Below the pieces are notes generated by a model. That model worked only from the letters and a program-made list of their open reading frames with translations, ran no database searches and had not been told where the DNA came from. From positions 64,012 to 128,011 of the forward strand of contig JAADVB010000019.1 of NCBI GenBank assembly GCA_023334545.1: 64,000 bases of DNA. Reading direction: 5' to 3'. How positions within the stretch are numbered: position 1 is the first letter of the stretch; each line of letters starts with the position of its first letter. Both the position numbers and the translations under genes were made by a program. Origin of the DNA: Salisapilia sapeloensis CBS 127946 (lineage: Eukaryota > Protista > Oomycota). Below are positions 1 through 10,356 of this stretch, in pieces.

Positions 1-45
1 TGATAGTGACTGCAGAAGCAATCCTCACAAAGACATTTTCCATAC

Positions 46-149
46 CTGTTGAGGTTGTTCTTTCCATCTTCGCTGGAGATGGAATCGTCGCTATCGCTCT
101 GTACTTCATCCTCACTGGATAAGAAAGAGGTGTCCAATTCGAAGGCCAT
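46..149 (-). CDS. Probable first exon of a gene running off the window start (acidic Ser-rich N-terminus, unknown product)
   Basis: ATG at 149 reads MAFELDTSFLSSEDEVQSDSDDSISSEDGKNNLN, followed by AG|gtatgg (donor at 45). A pyrimidine-rich CCATTT-containing leader lies upstream. Too short for the ORF track. Confidence 0.35.
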
Positions 150-1798
150 TGTGAGAAAATGGAGAAATGGCAAATGGAAAAGTTTGCATTTGAGACGCAT
201 GGCAAGTGCAATTAGATCGTTGTTGTATGTATTCGATGATACGGAAATGGTATTGAAGAGCGGAAGGAATGGGATAATTCAAGTATTCTTTACTTGATGT
301 ATGCATATCGCTCTTGGTCGATAATTGTGGCTTTACATGCAGTAATCATATTCATGATAATCGAATCGGCAAACTCTGCGTTCATTGAGATTCGCTGATT
401 TTGCTTTGCCACTTGGCATTGGAAATCTAGCGAAAGACTTGAATATAACTTTCTCACCAAACTCGGAGTACAAAAGCAAATGATCGTTCGTTTTTAATGC
501 AATCAAGAGAAAATGGTCTTCGAGAAGGCTTCAAGTCATGCCTAGTGCTCGAAATGCGCACATTTGAAAAAAGCGCGCGAAACACTCGCTCGACTTGGTG
601 AGCTCTTCGCTACTATTTCAGAACAGGCGTAGTACATTGAGAGACGCAATAATTGGGCAACATTTGCGACTCATACTGCACTCCGTTCCGCTGAAATGGC
701 GAAGAGTTCAATAGCGCAAGCAAATTGAATTCAACTTCGACCTGAAGGACCACAGACGATCAACCACGATACACTCGACGCTACTCCCCGCTAAAGACTT
801 GGCATTGATTCCTATTACGATGCTTGCATGGTTGTTCACATAGTACTCGATCTCCGTGTTGCATACTCGGTCATCTGCTCAACGTATACGGCTTTAATGT
901 ATTACGAAGTTCAGCTCACGAATGCAGTGAATCCTGCATGATTCACGAACTAGATGATATATTGATCATAGTGCATTCATGCAAGCATTATTCTCGCCTT
1001 GCTAACTTTTGTTCATGCTGTTAGGTTGGCTTTTAGACACACTGATAATTTGCCGTCAAATGGTACCCTGATTTCTTAGCTCCTTCCATTATTGAGGTGA
1101 ATCAAGACCTTCCAACATCAAGGATACGTTGCAGACACATTGAAGGCAAAGGACCGTTTCGAAATCAATGTACAGCAGTGCATCTAGGTTTCAAAACTGA
1201 TGCATATGAAGAGACGCAGACAAGAAACTAACTAGCAAAGTACTTAATTTCAAATACACTTCTACAATTATGGACATCATATATGGATATTGATGGGAAA
1301 TGGGCGGGGAAAATTCCAAACCCTGATATGAGAATGGGCTTGTGGTCGAGAAAAAGATGGATCAAGTTTTGGCCATGTTTCTCTGGCAGATTTCACTCGC
1401 GTTTGGCTCTAGTAACCTAGCTGACCAAGGCAGGATGGAAATTAATCCAGCTAGCTTCTGCATACCGATAGACTGTCATATCATATTATAAGAAAGAAGT
1501 ATCGTAAATCAGTGCTACCCATAGATCTGGTGTAATGTTCCTACCAAGCGCGCTGGCTGCTGACCAAGACAGGTACACCCTCACTTCGTACCGAAAGTAC
1601 ACCAAGATAAAATTTATCAAGCGGTTTCTGTATAAGCGTAGGTTTCATGAAAGCTATGAGAAACATATTAATACGAAAGAACGTGATAGATTCAAGTGTA
1701 TGCTGTTGTTCATGTCCTCAATCTGAAACGTCTATTTAAGCATCATTATCTTGAGCATATACTTTTGCCAGTAGTTTCAAATTGTCGTGAAGGGTTCC

Positions 1799-2503
1799 AT
1801 GTTGAGGGCGTTCTGGATAATGTCGCTACTAGCGACTGCTATCAGTGCACAAGTACACCACTATGCTTTCGAGTTTGACCCTACTACAGCGGCAGGCATT
1901 CGTGGACACATGCTGCTTAACTACGATTTCAACCATGACATGGAACAGCTTGGGGCAGGATTTTATTTCGATGTGTTTTCGAGTGTTGTTGAGGCGCAAT
2001 TGATAGTTCAGCTTGATTTTTCTCAAGCGAATGTCTCGTCGTTATCGTGCAATGCCGAGGACATGGTCTATAAATGGACTATCAACACGATGTGGTCGGA
2101 TGTAAATGCAACATCATTTGGACTCGATCAATGCGCCAAAGAATACGCTGGCAATGTATTGGATCTGTCTTACATATGCGGCCCTGATTCCGAGCATGCG
2201 GATGAACCAGACTGCCTATCATACATGGGCGACTACGACTATTTGTGCGAGCCCAGTACGTACGCGGAAGACTGGAGCGTATGCCAAGAGGGGGATCTAT
2301 CTGGGAAATTTGGAGTCCTTGCTCCGAAAGCAAACGGTATTGTGAATAAAGTTATCATTGATGAATACAGTCCGGGTGAAATGGACATCCATAGCGAATG
2401 GAACCTCGTCCTTTCGGCCATGTGCCAGAATACCACCGAACGCATCGCATGCGCCGTGATCCAAGCAAAAGATGCTCAAGGAGACACCATCACAATCGAA
2501 TGA
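1799..2503 (+). CDS. Secreted Cu/Zn-SOD-fold (oomycete Cu-only SOD-like) protein lacking the His ligands
   Basis: Signal peptide MLRAFWIMSLLATAISA; family motifs CGPDSE, CQEGDLSGKFG, WNLVL, RIACA. ATG at 1799 preferred over GTG 1787. Confidence 0.8.
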   Translation: MLRAFWIMSLLATAISAQVHHYAFEFDPTTAAGIRGHMLLNYDFNHDMEQLGAGFYFDVFSSVVEAQLIVQLDFSQANVSSLSCNAEDMVYKWTINTMWSDVNATSFGLDQCAKEYAGNVLDLSYICGPDSEHADEPDCLSYMGDYDYLCEPSTYAEDWSVCQEGDLSGKFGVLAPKANGIVNKVIIDEYSPGEMDIHSEWNLVLSAMCQNTTERIACAVIQAKDAQGDTITIE

Positions 2504-2684
2504 TAACTCAACAAACCCAAATAAAAACATTTGAAGCTTTCGTCCACGTTACCATATCATATTGAAGTTACCGGACATATGTTTACTTCAAAGTATCTTC
2601 AATAGAATGCACATGTATAGTCTTGGAGCTAATTATACACCTGAATTATCCTCCACGAAAATCATTTGAATCTGCTTTGTGATC

Positions 2685-3647
2685 ATGTTCCGCTCGTTCC
2701 TCCAGCGTTCGGTGCGTCTGACCGCCGGTCAGCGTAATCTGAGCACGTACAAGCCTGACATGGCTGCCATTAAGCAATTGCGAGCTGAGTCGCAGGCTCC
2801 TCTCAAGGACGTGAAGGAAGCCTTGACGGCGACGGAAGGTGACTTTCCGGCTGCATTCGAGTGGCTACGGAAAAAGGGCATTGCATCTGCCTCGAAGAAG
2901 GCTGATAGAGCCACTGCCGAAGGTCTCATTGGCGTGCACGTCCAAGGCACGTCCGGTGCAATTGTTGAAATCAATAGCGAGACGGACTTTGTGGCGCGCA
3001 ACGACGCGTTCCAGGACCTTGTGTCCAAGACGGCGCAGGCGCTTGCATCCCACAATGCGTCCAATGCCTTGTTGGAAAGCGAGGCACTGAACGGCATCGT
3101 CGTCGGTGACGCAACGCTGGGTGAAACGGTTCCGTCGCTCATTGGCAAGGTCGGTGAAAACGTCTTTGCTCGACGTGGTGCCGTCGCCCAAGTGGACAAC
3201 GGTGTCGTCTGCAGCTACCTGCACAATAGCGTTGCCCCCGGACTTGGCCGATCGGGTGCTCTCGTTGCGATCGAGTACGACTCATCTGCCACGCCGGAAC
3301 AGCAGGAGGCTGTGGCTGGTATCGGCCACCGCCTCGCCATGCACGTCGTGGCCGCTCGACCCAAGTACTTGAACCGTGACTCTGTGCCGGAGGATGTAGT
3401 GAGTAAGGAGAAGGCTTTCTTGATGGATCAGAGCAAGGACTCTGGCAAGCCAGAGCACATTCTCGAGAAGATGATCAGCGGTCGCTTGAACAAATTCTTT
3501 AGTGAAATGACCTTGTTAGATCAAGAGCATTTCATTGAAGAAGGGTCGCCCAAGATTAGCAAATTCTTAGACGAAGCGAGTGACAAGATCGGTGTCTCGT
3601 TGCAAGTGAAGAGCTACCATCGGTTTGAGATTGGAGAAGAAAATTAG
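2685..3647 (+). CDS. TSFM: Mitochondrial elongation factor Ts
   Basis: Arg-rich presequence MFRSFLQRSVRL; IKQLRAESQAPLKDVKEAL, WLRKKG, ATAEGLIG, EINSETDFVARN, LAMHVVA, KMISGRLNKF. Confidence 0.95.
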   Translation: MFRSFLQRSVRLTAGQRNLSTYKPDMAAIKQLRAESQAPLKDVKEALTATEGDFPAAFEWLRKKGIASASKKADRATAEGLIGVHVQGTSGAIVEINSETDFVARNDAFQDLVSKTAQALASHNASNALLESEALNGIVVGDATLGETVPSLIGKVGENVFARRGAVAQVDNGVVCSYLHNSVAPGLGRSGALVAIEYDSSATPEQQEAVAGIGHRLAMHVVAARPKYLNRDSVPEDVVSKEKAFLMDQSKDSGKPEHILEKMISGRLNKFFSEMTLLDQEHFIEEGSPKISKFLDEASDKIGVSLQVKSYHRFEIGEEN

Positions 3648-3697
3648 AGAAAAGATTGCTTTTTCGTGACGAGAGAACCAAAACTGGTTGCATTCAA

Positions 3698-4654
3698 TTA
3701 ATACATGAACACTGGGTTGTCTACCGTGATCACGCGGTCTTCCTTGGCAAGAGCAGCGCGAATGGGTTTCGGCACGCCAAAGACACCCAGATGGCTCACG
3801 CCATCATAGAAGTGCAGCGGCTTACTAAGGCGATGCGCAATCCGGTCGTCCGTCTCATCTGTCGAGCGCTGGATCACAGACGCTGCGTCTGTCTTTTTCA
3901 CCATGGCCATGTTGAACGCCCACATGCAGCCAAAGGACGGGATGTCGACCGTGTACGGGATGACTGTCGGGAAAGCAGTTTCAAGCGTGTTGTGGATGGC
4001 AGAGAAACACTCTTGGTAGTTGTAGATGGCACCTGGACCAGACTGAGTGACCAAGATACCTTCGTCATTGAGCTTGTTGGCAGCAAACGAGTAGAATTCT
4101 TCCGTGTACAGGACGTATCCTGGACCGGCTTCAATTGGATCGGCAATGTCCATGATGATGACATCAAAGGTACCTTCATAGTTTTTCAAAAAAGCGTGCG
4201 CATCCGTGTAGTGGACTTCCAGTCTAGGGTCTTCAAACGCACCGTCATTCCACTCGGGCATTTGCTCTCTGCACATGTTGCAAACAAGCTCATCAATGTC
4301 GACCATGACAACCTTTTCGACAGACTTGTGCTTGAGCACTTCACGAGCAGTAGCAAATTCACCACCACCGCCAATGTAAACGGTCTTTGGGTTGGGGTGG
4401 CTGAGCATCGCCGGGTGGACGAGTGACTCGTGGTAGACGAACTCGTCACGTTGCGCCGACTGCGTCTTGCCATCCAAGACCATCGTCCTGCCGAACGGAC
4501 CGGTCTCAATGATCTGCATCCGTTGGAAGTCCGACTTGCCTTCGAACGTGATGTTTTTCAAACCGACCGAAAGGTACATTTCTTCGGTCAATTCCTCCTT
4601 GTACCAAAAGGCAGGAGATTCATGAGTAGCTGCAGAAGATGGATCACTTGACAT
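3698..4654 (-). CDS. Aminopropyltransferase, thermospermine synthase (ACL5)-like
   Basis: WYKEE, LDGKTQSAQRDEFVYHESLVHP, HPNPKTVYIGGGGE, DIADPIEAGPGYVLYTEEFY, VTQSGP, IPSFG. First ATG in frame is 4654. Confidence 0.85.
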   Translation of the reverse strand: MSSDPSSAATHESPAFWYKEELTEEMYLSVGLKNITFEGKSDFQRMQIIETGPFGRTMVLDGKTQSAQRDEFVYHESLVHPAMLSHPNPKTVYIGGGGEFATAREVLKHKSVEKVVMVDIDELVCNMCREQMPEWNDGAFEDPRLEVHYTDAHAFLKNYEGTFDVIIMDIADPIEAGPGYVLYTEEFYSFAANKLNDEGILVTQSGPGAIYNYQECFSAIHNTLETAFPTVIPYTVDIPSFGCMWAFNMAMVKKTDAASVIQRSTDETDDRIAHRLSKPLHFYDGVSHLGVFGVPKPIRAALAKEDRVITVDNPVFMY

Positions 4655-4869
4655 GGTTGCTAGCAGAGATACTGTACGGTGGATGCAATCTGAATACAAG
4701 TGGTGGCATTTAATGTCCAGTCATGCGTTCCTGTTTATTGACGCCAGATATCCAGCCTGAGTACGAAATAAAGATCGCTTTTTAGAAAACACTGGATCAC
4801 GTAATCGAACAGATTCCACGTATTTTTGGTTTTTCAATTCCTCCGGTCCTCGTTCGCTTCGGTATCAAA

Positions 4870-5859
4870 ATGTGTTCACATTGCCAGCGCTTGCGAAAGG
4901 ACTTGCCACAGGCGTTGGAAAGTCAATGCCGGCTTTCGTCGTCGGATACGGACATGGAGACAGATGGAGAATGCTCTCTCCCTTCCACTCTTTCCACGAA
5001 ATACCCACTATCCCAACGCAAGTCGGAGACCTCTGACATGGGCGTTTGCTATACCAAGTGCGTCGACGTGGGGGCAATGGACCCGAGCTTGTACGACCAA
5101 CGATCGGTGATGGCGACGGCGAACGACCCTCTGCTTGCCGTCTACGGTCGCAACGTTGCCATGGAGAGACAGGACCAGGCCTCGAAGGTTCAGAAAACCG
5201 TGACAGCAACGAAAATGCCGGTGGATGCCAAAGTCAACGATCTGGAAGAGTGGGGAGTCACTACTTCTCAAGCGACAGTTGTAGAAAGCTCTCTAGTTGT
5301 CGACTACGAAGATGCCGACGCACGAACAGTATCGTCCCACAGTGCGTCTGTTGAATGTGCTGTCGATGCGTGCGGTACTTTGGATACAATTTTGCCGGCG
5401 GAAAGTCGCGACGATGAAATGGATATTACGAAACTTCAGTCTAAGACGCGACCGAGGGCACTTAGTGGAAATGGTAGTAAATCGGGCGTCCGAAGGGGGA
5501 GATCTACGAGTACGTCGAACGTCGTGACAGAGGAAGAGCAACCAGCAGCGGAAACAAGATGTTCCTCGTTGCCCCGTCTGTGTCATTGCGAAGTGAAACT
5601 TCACGCTTCTCGCGACTCTTGCTGGCTTGTATCCAAAGGAAACGTTTACGACGTGACAGGTCTACTGGACGCCCATCCAGGTGGTGAACGCGCCATCTTG
5701 CGGAAAGCTGGAGGCCCCGATTGCCACGAAGACATGATGTTCCATACGAAACGCGCTCGGAAGATCATGGACAAGTGTTTCATTGGGAAACTTCAATCTT
5801 GCTGTACTGGAGACGCAAGTCAGACTGCGGGTGAAGCTGCGAACTGTTGTATACAGTAA
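4870..5859 (+). CDS. Protein with C-terminal cytochrome b5-like heme-binding domain and terminal CaaX-like box
   Basis: HASRDSCWLVSKGNVYDVTGLLDAHPGGERAIL, second heme His in MMFHT; disordered N-terminal region; ends NCCIQ*. Confidence 0.85.
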   Translation: MCSHCQRLRKDLPQALESQCRLSSSDTDMETDGECSLPSTLSTKYPLSQRKSETSDMGVCYTKCVDVGAMDPSLYDQRSVMATANDPLLAVYGRNVAMERQDQASKVQKTVTATKMPVDAKVNDLEEWGVTTSQATVVESSLVVDYEDADARTVSSHSASVECAVDACGTLDTILPAESRDDEMDITKLQSKTRPRALSGNGSKSGVRRGRSTSTSNVVTEEEQPAAETRCSSLPRLCHCEVKLHASRDSCWLVSKGNVYDVTGLLDAHPGGERAILRKAGGPDCHEDMMFHTKRARKIMDKCFIGKLQSCCTGDASQTAGEAANCCIQ

Positions 5860-5939
5860 GCAACTTGTTGACTCTTAGAAAAGTAACTTGCATGTAACCA
5901 CACTCTATTTTCGAAAAAAGGATTGATTTCGCATCATTT

Positions 5940-6620
5940 TCAAGTGAATTGCTTCATGAACTCGGTGGCGACGATACGGCCACGGGCGTTGAGTGAAATT
6001 TTCATTTCACTGATCTCTTTATCAATGTCCTGCATGAACTGGATGATAAAGTCGATCAGCTTGTGCTTGTACATGTTCTCCAAGTGCGTATGGACAATCA
6101 GGAAGCTCATGTCGTAGCCCTGTAGATCGTAAAATAAATTAAAAATGTACTTGAGAATGTTAGTGAATGATAAATTACTTGCACAGGTACGCGTCGCATG
6201 ACAATGAATTGCTCGGCACGTTGCATGAGGAAACGATTGAACTTGTGACACAAGATGTGTTCAATTTCGTCCGCTTGCTTGATGCAAATGCTCACTCGCG
6301 TCGAATTGATGGAGGGTTCAATCAGACATTTCTCTGCTTCATTCCGATGGATGAGCACAGGGTTCAGCAGCAACTCCTTGTTCATACTAGAAAGAGATAA
6401 AACTAGAACTAATTACTTCGTTGAAGATAAAAGTACCGTAGCTCGACCTCCGGTTTGTTGTGTCGTTCAACGACTTGGGAGGGAAAGTTGCGGAGACATA
6501 GTGCCGAATCAAGGGAGTTGCGGATGGCCGTGAGGTAGGGTGCTAACGTGTTGGCCTAGGATTGCGGAAAACGATAAGTTTAGGCAGAAAGAAGGTAGGA
6601 AGAAGCGATCTGTTCACCAT
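5940..6620 (-). CDS. ARPC4: Arp2/3 complex subunit 4 (p20-Arc), 4 exons
   Basis: Exons 6620-6618 (ATG only), 6555-6437, 6386-6179, 6119-5940; GT-AG introns of 62, 50 and 59 bp. Spliced protein reads [50 protein letters not shown]...GYDMSFLI...[25 protein letters not shown]. Confidence 0.95.
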
Positions 6621-6752
6621 TTTGAGATCGTGTTGTGAATTTGTGTTTTTCGAAGATGAAGGAAGAGTCTTAGATGCATTGTATTGGCTGAAATGTTCTT
6701 TTACATATTTTGATTAGATAAATCTATTTGACACGATTTAGCTAAACGCAGC

Positions 6753-7286
6753 ATGTATCATGAGCAGCAACAGCTCTATCGATGCGCTGTTCATGCCATC
6801 AACAACTTGCTCCAGCGGAAGGCTGTTACAAGTGAGCGTATGGATGAGATAAGTGATGAGATTCTTGCTGGCACAGACCCGTCCTTGCAGGACACATCCA
6901 TCACGTCGAAAGTCTTCCACCCGCTTCGAGCGCCACTTGGATTTGGCAACTACGACATCAATGTGATCACTTCTACATTGGCCAAAGAAGGTTATGAAGT
7001 GAAATGGTTTGATAAACGACGCCCTATCGACAAGGACACCATCGACTTTGAATCGATCGAGGGCATTTTATGTAATGTCATTGTATCAGGCTGGCTCTGG
7101 AATGGCCGGCACTGGTTTGCGATCAAGCAAGTCGATGGCCACATGTATAATTTGGATTCCAAATTGCCGTCGCCGAAATCGTATCAAGATGACGTCAAGT
7201 GCTACCGCTACCTGGAGGAATTAGTGGCCAGTGGCGACTGTGAGCTCTTCATCGTGCGCAAGATGACTCTTGAAGTTCCTACCTGA
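6753..7286 (+). CDS. Josephin-domain deubiquitinase (JOSD1/2-like)
   Basis: YHEQQ..YRCAVHAINNLLQ (catalytic Cys), GNYDINV, RHWFAI (His), NLDSKL (Asp). Divergent from ARPC4 across 132 bp. Confidence 0.92.
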   Translation: MYHEQQQLYRCAVHAINNLLQRKAVTSERMDEISDEILAGTDPSLQDTSITSKVFHPLRAPLGFGNYDINVITSTLAKEGYEVKWFDKRRPIDKDTIDFESIEGILCNVIVSGWLWNGRHWFAIKQVDGHMYNLDSKLPSPKSYQDDVKCYRYLEELVASGDCELFIVRKMTLEVPT

Positions 7287-7485
7287 GATTTCCATATACT
7301 TTGTTCTAGTTCCAATCACCTTGAAAGGTCGTTGCAATAGACACGCATAGGATTCCTTCTCTGCATGCCTATGCTTCCGCCTTCGTTTCTTCTTTTCCCC
7401 ATGCTCATTTACCAATTCGCTACGAACCTGACTTCTCGACGGTGCATTTGGCTTCGTCGATCTCAACGGAAAGCTCGAAACAGCA

Positions 7486-8457
7486 ATGTGCAAACCATGC
7501 CTCTTCAGTGATGCCATGCCCATGGCCCTCTTCGATTCGGATGCCATGACCCAATCGAACTACAAGTTCCCGTCGGAACTTGAATCGTTTTCGGATAGCA
7601 TGTCCGAAAGTTCGTTCGATCAGGACGATGACATGTCTTACTCGGAAGGTGAAAGTGACTTTCTCGAGGAAATTGATGATGATCTACCTCGTCAAGCGAC
7701 AAAAGTGTTAAAGGTCGTTACGAACGACAATTACCAAGCGCATGAACTGCTTCTTCGACAGCACGAACGTCTTGAAGCTCGTATCACTGCATTTGACGAT
7801 GAGTTAGCTGCATTGAAAAATAGTGCGATTGCAAACGTCATTAATCAAAGCAAGCGACGAGCTCAAGTGGCGCAGATCGGTGCTGATGTGGAATTGGCAC
7901 AATCGTTGGGAAACGTAAATATGGTGGAAGACTTGGCTGCCGAGTTGAAAGCTCTTCAGGACGAAGGCAAACGACAGGCCGACACGTTTGAGCAATTGAA
8001 GGAAGCAATTCGGAGCACAAAACGAGCGAAGAGAGAAGCTCAGATGGACAAGTTGGAAGCGGAAGACCGTCTGCGCAACTTCCACAAGAAGCAATGGATC
8101 GTGGAACAATTGCTTAAGACCTGCGAAGATGAAGCTGCGTCCACGGACGACAGTAGCGACGAATGCAGTAGCTACGACGGATCGTCCGTAGACGGCGATA
8201 TTGAATTCAACCCGGAGGACTTTGCCACGGACGATGAAGAAGAGGAAGATGAGTTTCCAATGGACGGCGCGGAGAGTTCAGTCTTTAGCTCCGAGGTGAG
8301 TGCGATGTACTCGTCGGACTTGGGTCTGAGTGAAGGTGGTAGGAAACCTTCATTCGGCAACAAGTCCCGTTTGCGTCGCTCGAGATCCGTGAGCTTTGCC
8401 ATGGACTCTTGCAACGTCGTACCGTCGGAAACTCAATTATTACCGATTATGGCGTAA
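7486..8457 (+). CDS. Hypothetical protein: acidic termini around a central coiled coil
   Basis: 323-codon ORF with coding-like composition and heptad-like central region; no family recognised. Confidence 0.7.
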   Translation: MCKPCLFSDAMPMALFDSDAMTQSNYKFPSELESFSDSMSESSFDQDDDMSYSEGESDFLEEIDDDLPRQATKVLKVVTNDNYQAHELLLRQHERLEARITAFDDELAALKNSAIANVINQSKRRAQVAQIGADVELAQSLGNVNMVEDLAAELKALQDEGKRQADTFEQLKEAIRSTKRAKREAQMDKLEAEDRLRNFHKKQWIVEQLLKTCEDEAASTDDSSDECSSYDGSSVDGDIEFNPEDFATDDEEEEDEFPMDGAESSVFSSEVSAMYSSDLGLSEGGRKPSFGNKSRLRRSRSVSFAMDSCNVVPSETQLLPIMA

Positions 8458-8866
8458 CGTGGAAACATCGGAAAGAAGGTTGAAGCGTAAAATCTTTTAA
8501 ATTTAGTCTTGTCAATAGGAAGCATGGCTACTTTGTCTTTTTCATCAGAGCAAGTACTCCTTCAAAAGAAGGGGTTTTCTGCATTGAGGATGTACCTCGT
8601 CAGAGCAGATCTTGGTATTTTTGCAACATCATCTGAAATCTATCTCGGGTCTGTCCTACGCGGCAAATTCAAAAGTGAATCACAGGCCAGTCGATTTGAT
8701 GTGTTATAAACTTGATATTAACGATATGCATAACATGTTCAAATATCGTTTCAATACGATCTTGAACGGACGCAGTTTTGAAACGGATTCTGCTTCTGGC
8801 CGCGTCTCTCCAACATTAGTTTAGGAATTGGCGCTGCGCGTACGATCAAGAAAGACATCATCAAGA

Positions 8867-9424
8867 ATGGGATTGCTAAACCTCTTGCGAAAGCTAAAGA
8901 AAGATGACAGTGAAGCACGCATCCTTGTCCTCGGTTTAGATAATGGTGGTAAGACAACGATCCTAAAGAAGCTGTCCGAGGAAGACATCAGCCACATTAT
9001 GCCGACGCAAGGATTTAATGTCAAGAGTCTGCAGGTCGATGGGTTTAAGCTGAACATGTGGGATATCGGTGGGCAAAAGACCATCCGTCCGTATTGGCGC
9101 AACTACTATGAGCAGACGGATGCGCTTATCTACGTCATTGACAGCGCTGACCGGCGTCGAATGGAAGAAGCTGGCATGGAACTCGTGACACTACTAGAGG
9201 AAGAGAAACTCGGCAACGTCCCCATTCTCGTCTTTGCTAACAAGCAGGATTTACTGAATGCTTTGTCTTCTGCCGAAATCTCGACAGCGTTGAATCTTTC
9301 GACAATTCGTGACCGATCGTGGCACATCCAAGCTTGTTCTGCGAAGACCGGTGAAGGCCTTCAGGATGGTATGGAATGGATAGTCAACACCATGGGTTCT
9401 GGCACTGGTAAGGAAGCGAAATAG
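8867..9424 (+). CDS. ARL3: ADP-ribosylation factor-like GTPase 3 (ciliary)
   Basis: [51 protein letters not shown]. Confidence 0.93.
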   Translation: MGLLNLLRKLKKDDSEARILVLGLDNGGKTTILKKLSEEDISHIMPTQGFNVKSLQVDGFKLNMWDIGGQKTIRPYWRNYYEQTDALIYVIDSADRRRMEEAGMELVTLLEEEKLGNVPILVFANKQDLLNALSSAEISTALNLSTIRDRSWHIQACSAKTGEGLQDGMEWIVNTMGSGTGKEAK

Positions 9425-10356
9425 GGCCAGCACTGGGTCACGATTCTTTCATCGGGTGCATACCTGAAACTTTAATTGAAATACAAGACGAAGAGCAGGA
9501 AGTAGGACAAGCTAAAGACGAATACATTTTCTTAGACTTTTCCATTCAAAAGATTTCTTCTCGTCTAATCAAGCTAGTTGGAGAGGTAGAGATCAGTAGC
9601 AGACTGATGATAGGAAGTGTTCATTCGTGTTTCCGCTCTACATGATCTTACACCCGCTGTAGACTCTTCGGTTTACATTTTAAGCATGTTTTAACTTCAG
9701 TGAGCTGGTAACGTTCGAGTTCTTAACAAAATGTTTGACTTTATCAGTATGCTGTGAAGTCGAAAATTACTTCATTTCTTGAAAGTAGGAGGCGATGGTG
9801 GCATCAATTCGAGTCTCTTGTGTACCCTGCGTTTCTAGTACGCTAATATCATAGTAAGGTACCATCATCTTATAATTCTGACCTTCTACGCTTGACAAAG
9901 TAGATCTCTCGAAAGAAAATATACCATAGATACGTAGCATTAAACGAGCGCATTATTATGGTAAGAATGGAAACTTGGAGCTTTAAAAGCATGCGATGAT
10001 CGCTTACCTATCTTTATCCGCTCTCCGGATCATTCAACTCTTAAATCGTAATACAGCGGCACTCTTTCGTCGATGGAAGGCTGAAAATGAATTAAAATCG
10101 ACTTTTAAAAAGATAAGAACGCGGGGTACCTGAACACGTGCAAGAGCTTTTCCGATCGAATAGACATCTCGACGACACTAAGCCAGCAAGAATGAGCATA
10201 ACTGTCAACGTAAGCTTCCTTACATAGCTAGCCCATAATTTTAAACACACAATAGAGGTCAAAAAGGTATCCGAACGACTCTCTACTAGTCCCACTCTGC
10301 TCCTGACAAGATCTCCAAGAACAAAAGTACTTCTTGTTTGTTTATCAGATCTTTTT

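Noticed and set aside
1049-1420. Short open frames in the first intergenic region (e.g. DGKWAGKIPNPD, calreticulin P-domain-like)
   Set aside because: Too short, stop-bounded and lacking the repeated calreticulin pattern; treated as chance.
3656-4426. 256-aa plus-strand ORF opposite the aminopropyltransferase
   Set aside because: Antisense shadow of a codon-biased conserved gene; no motif recognised.
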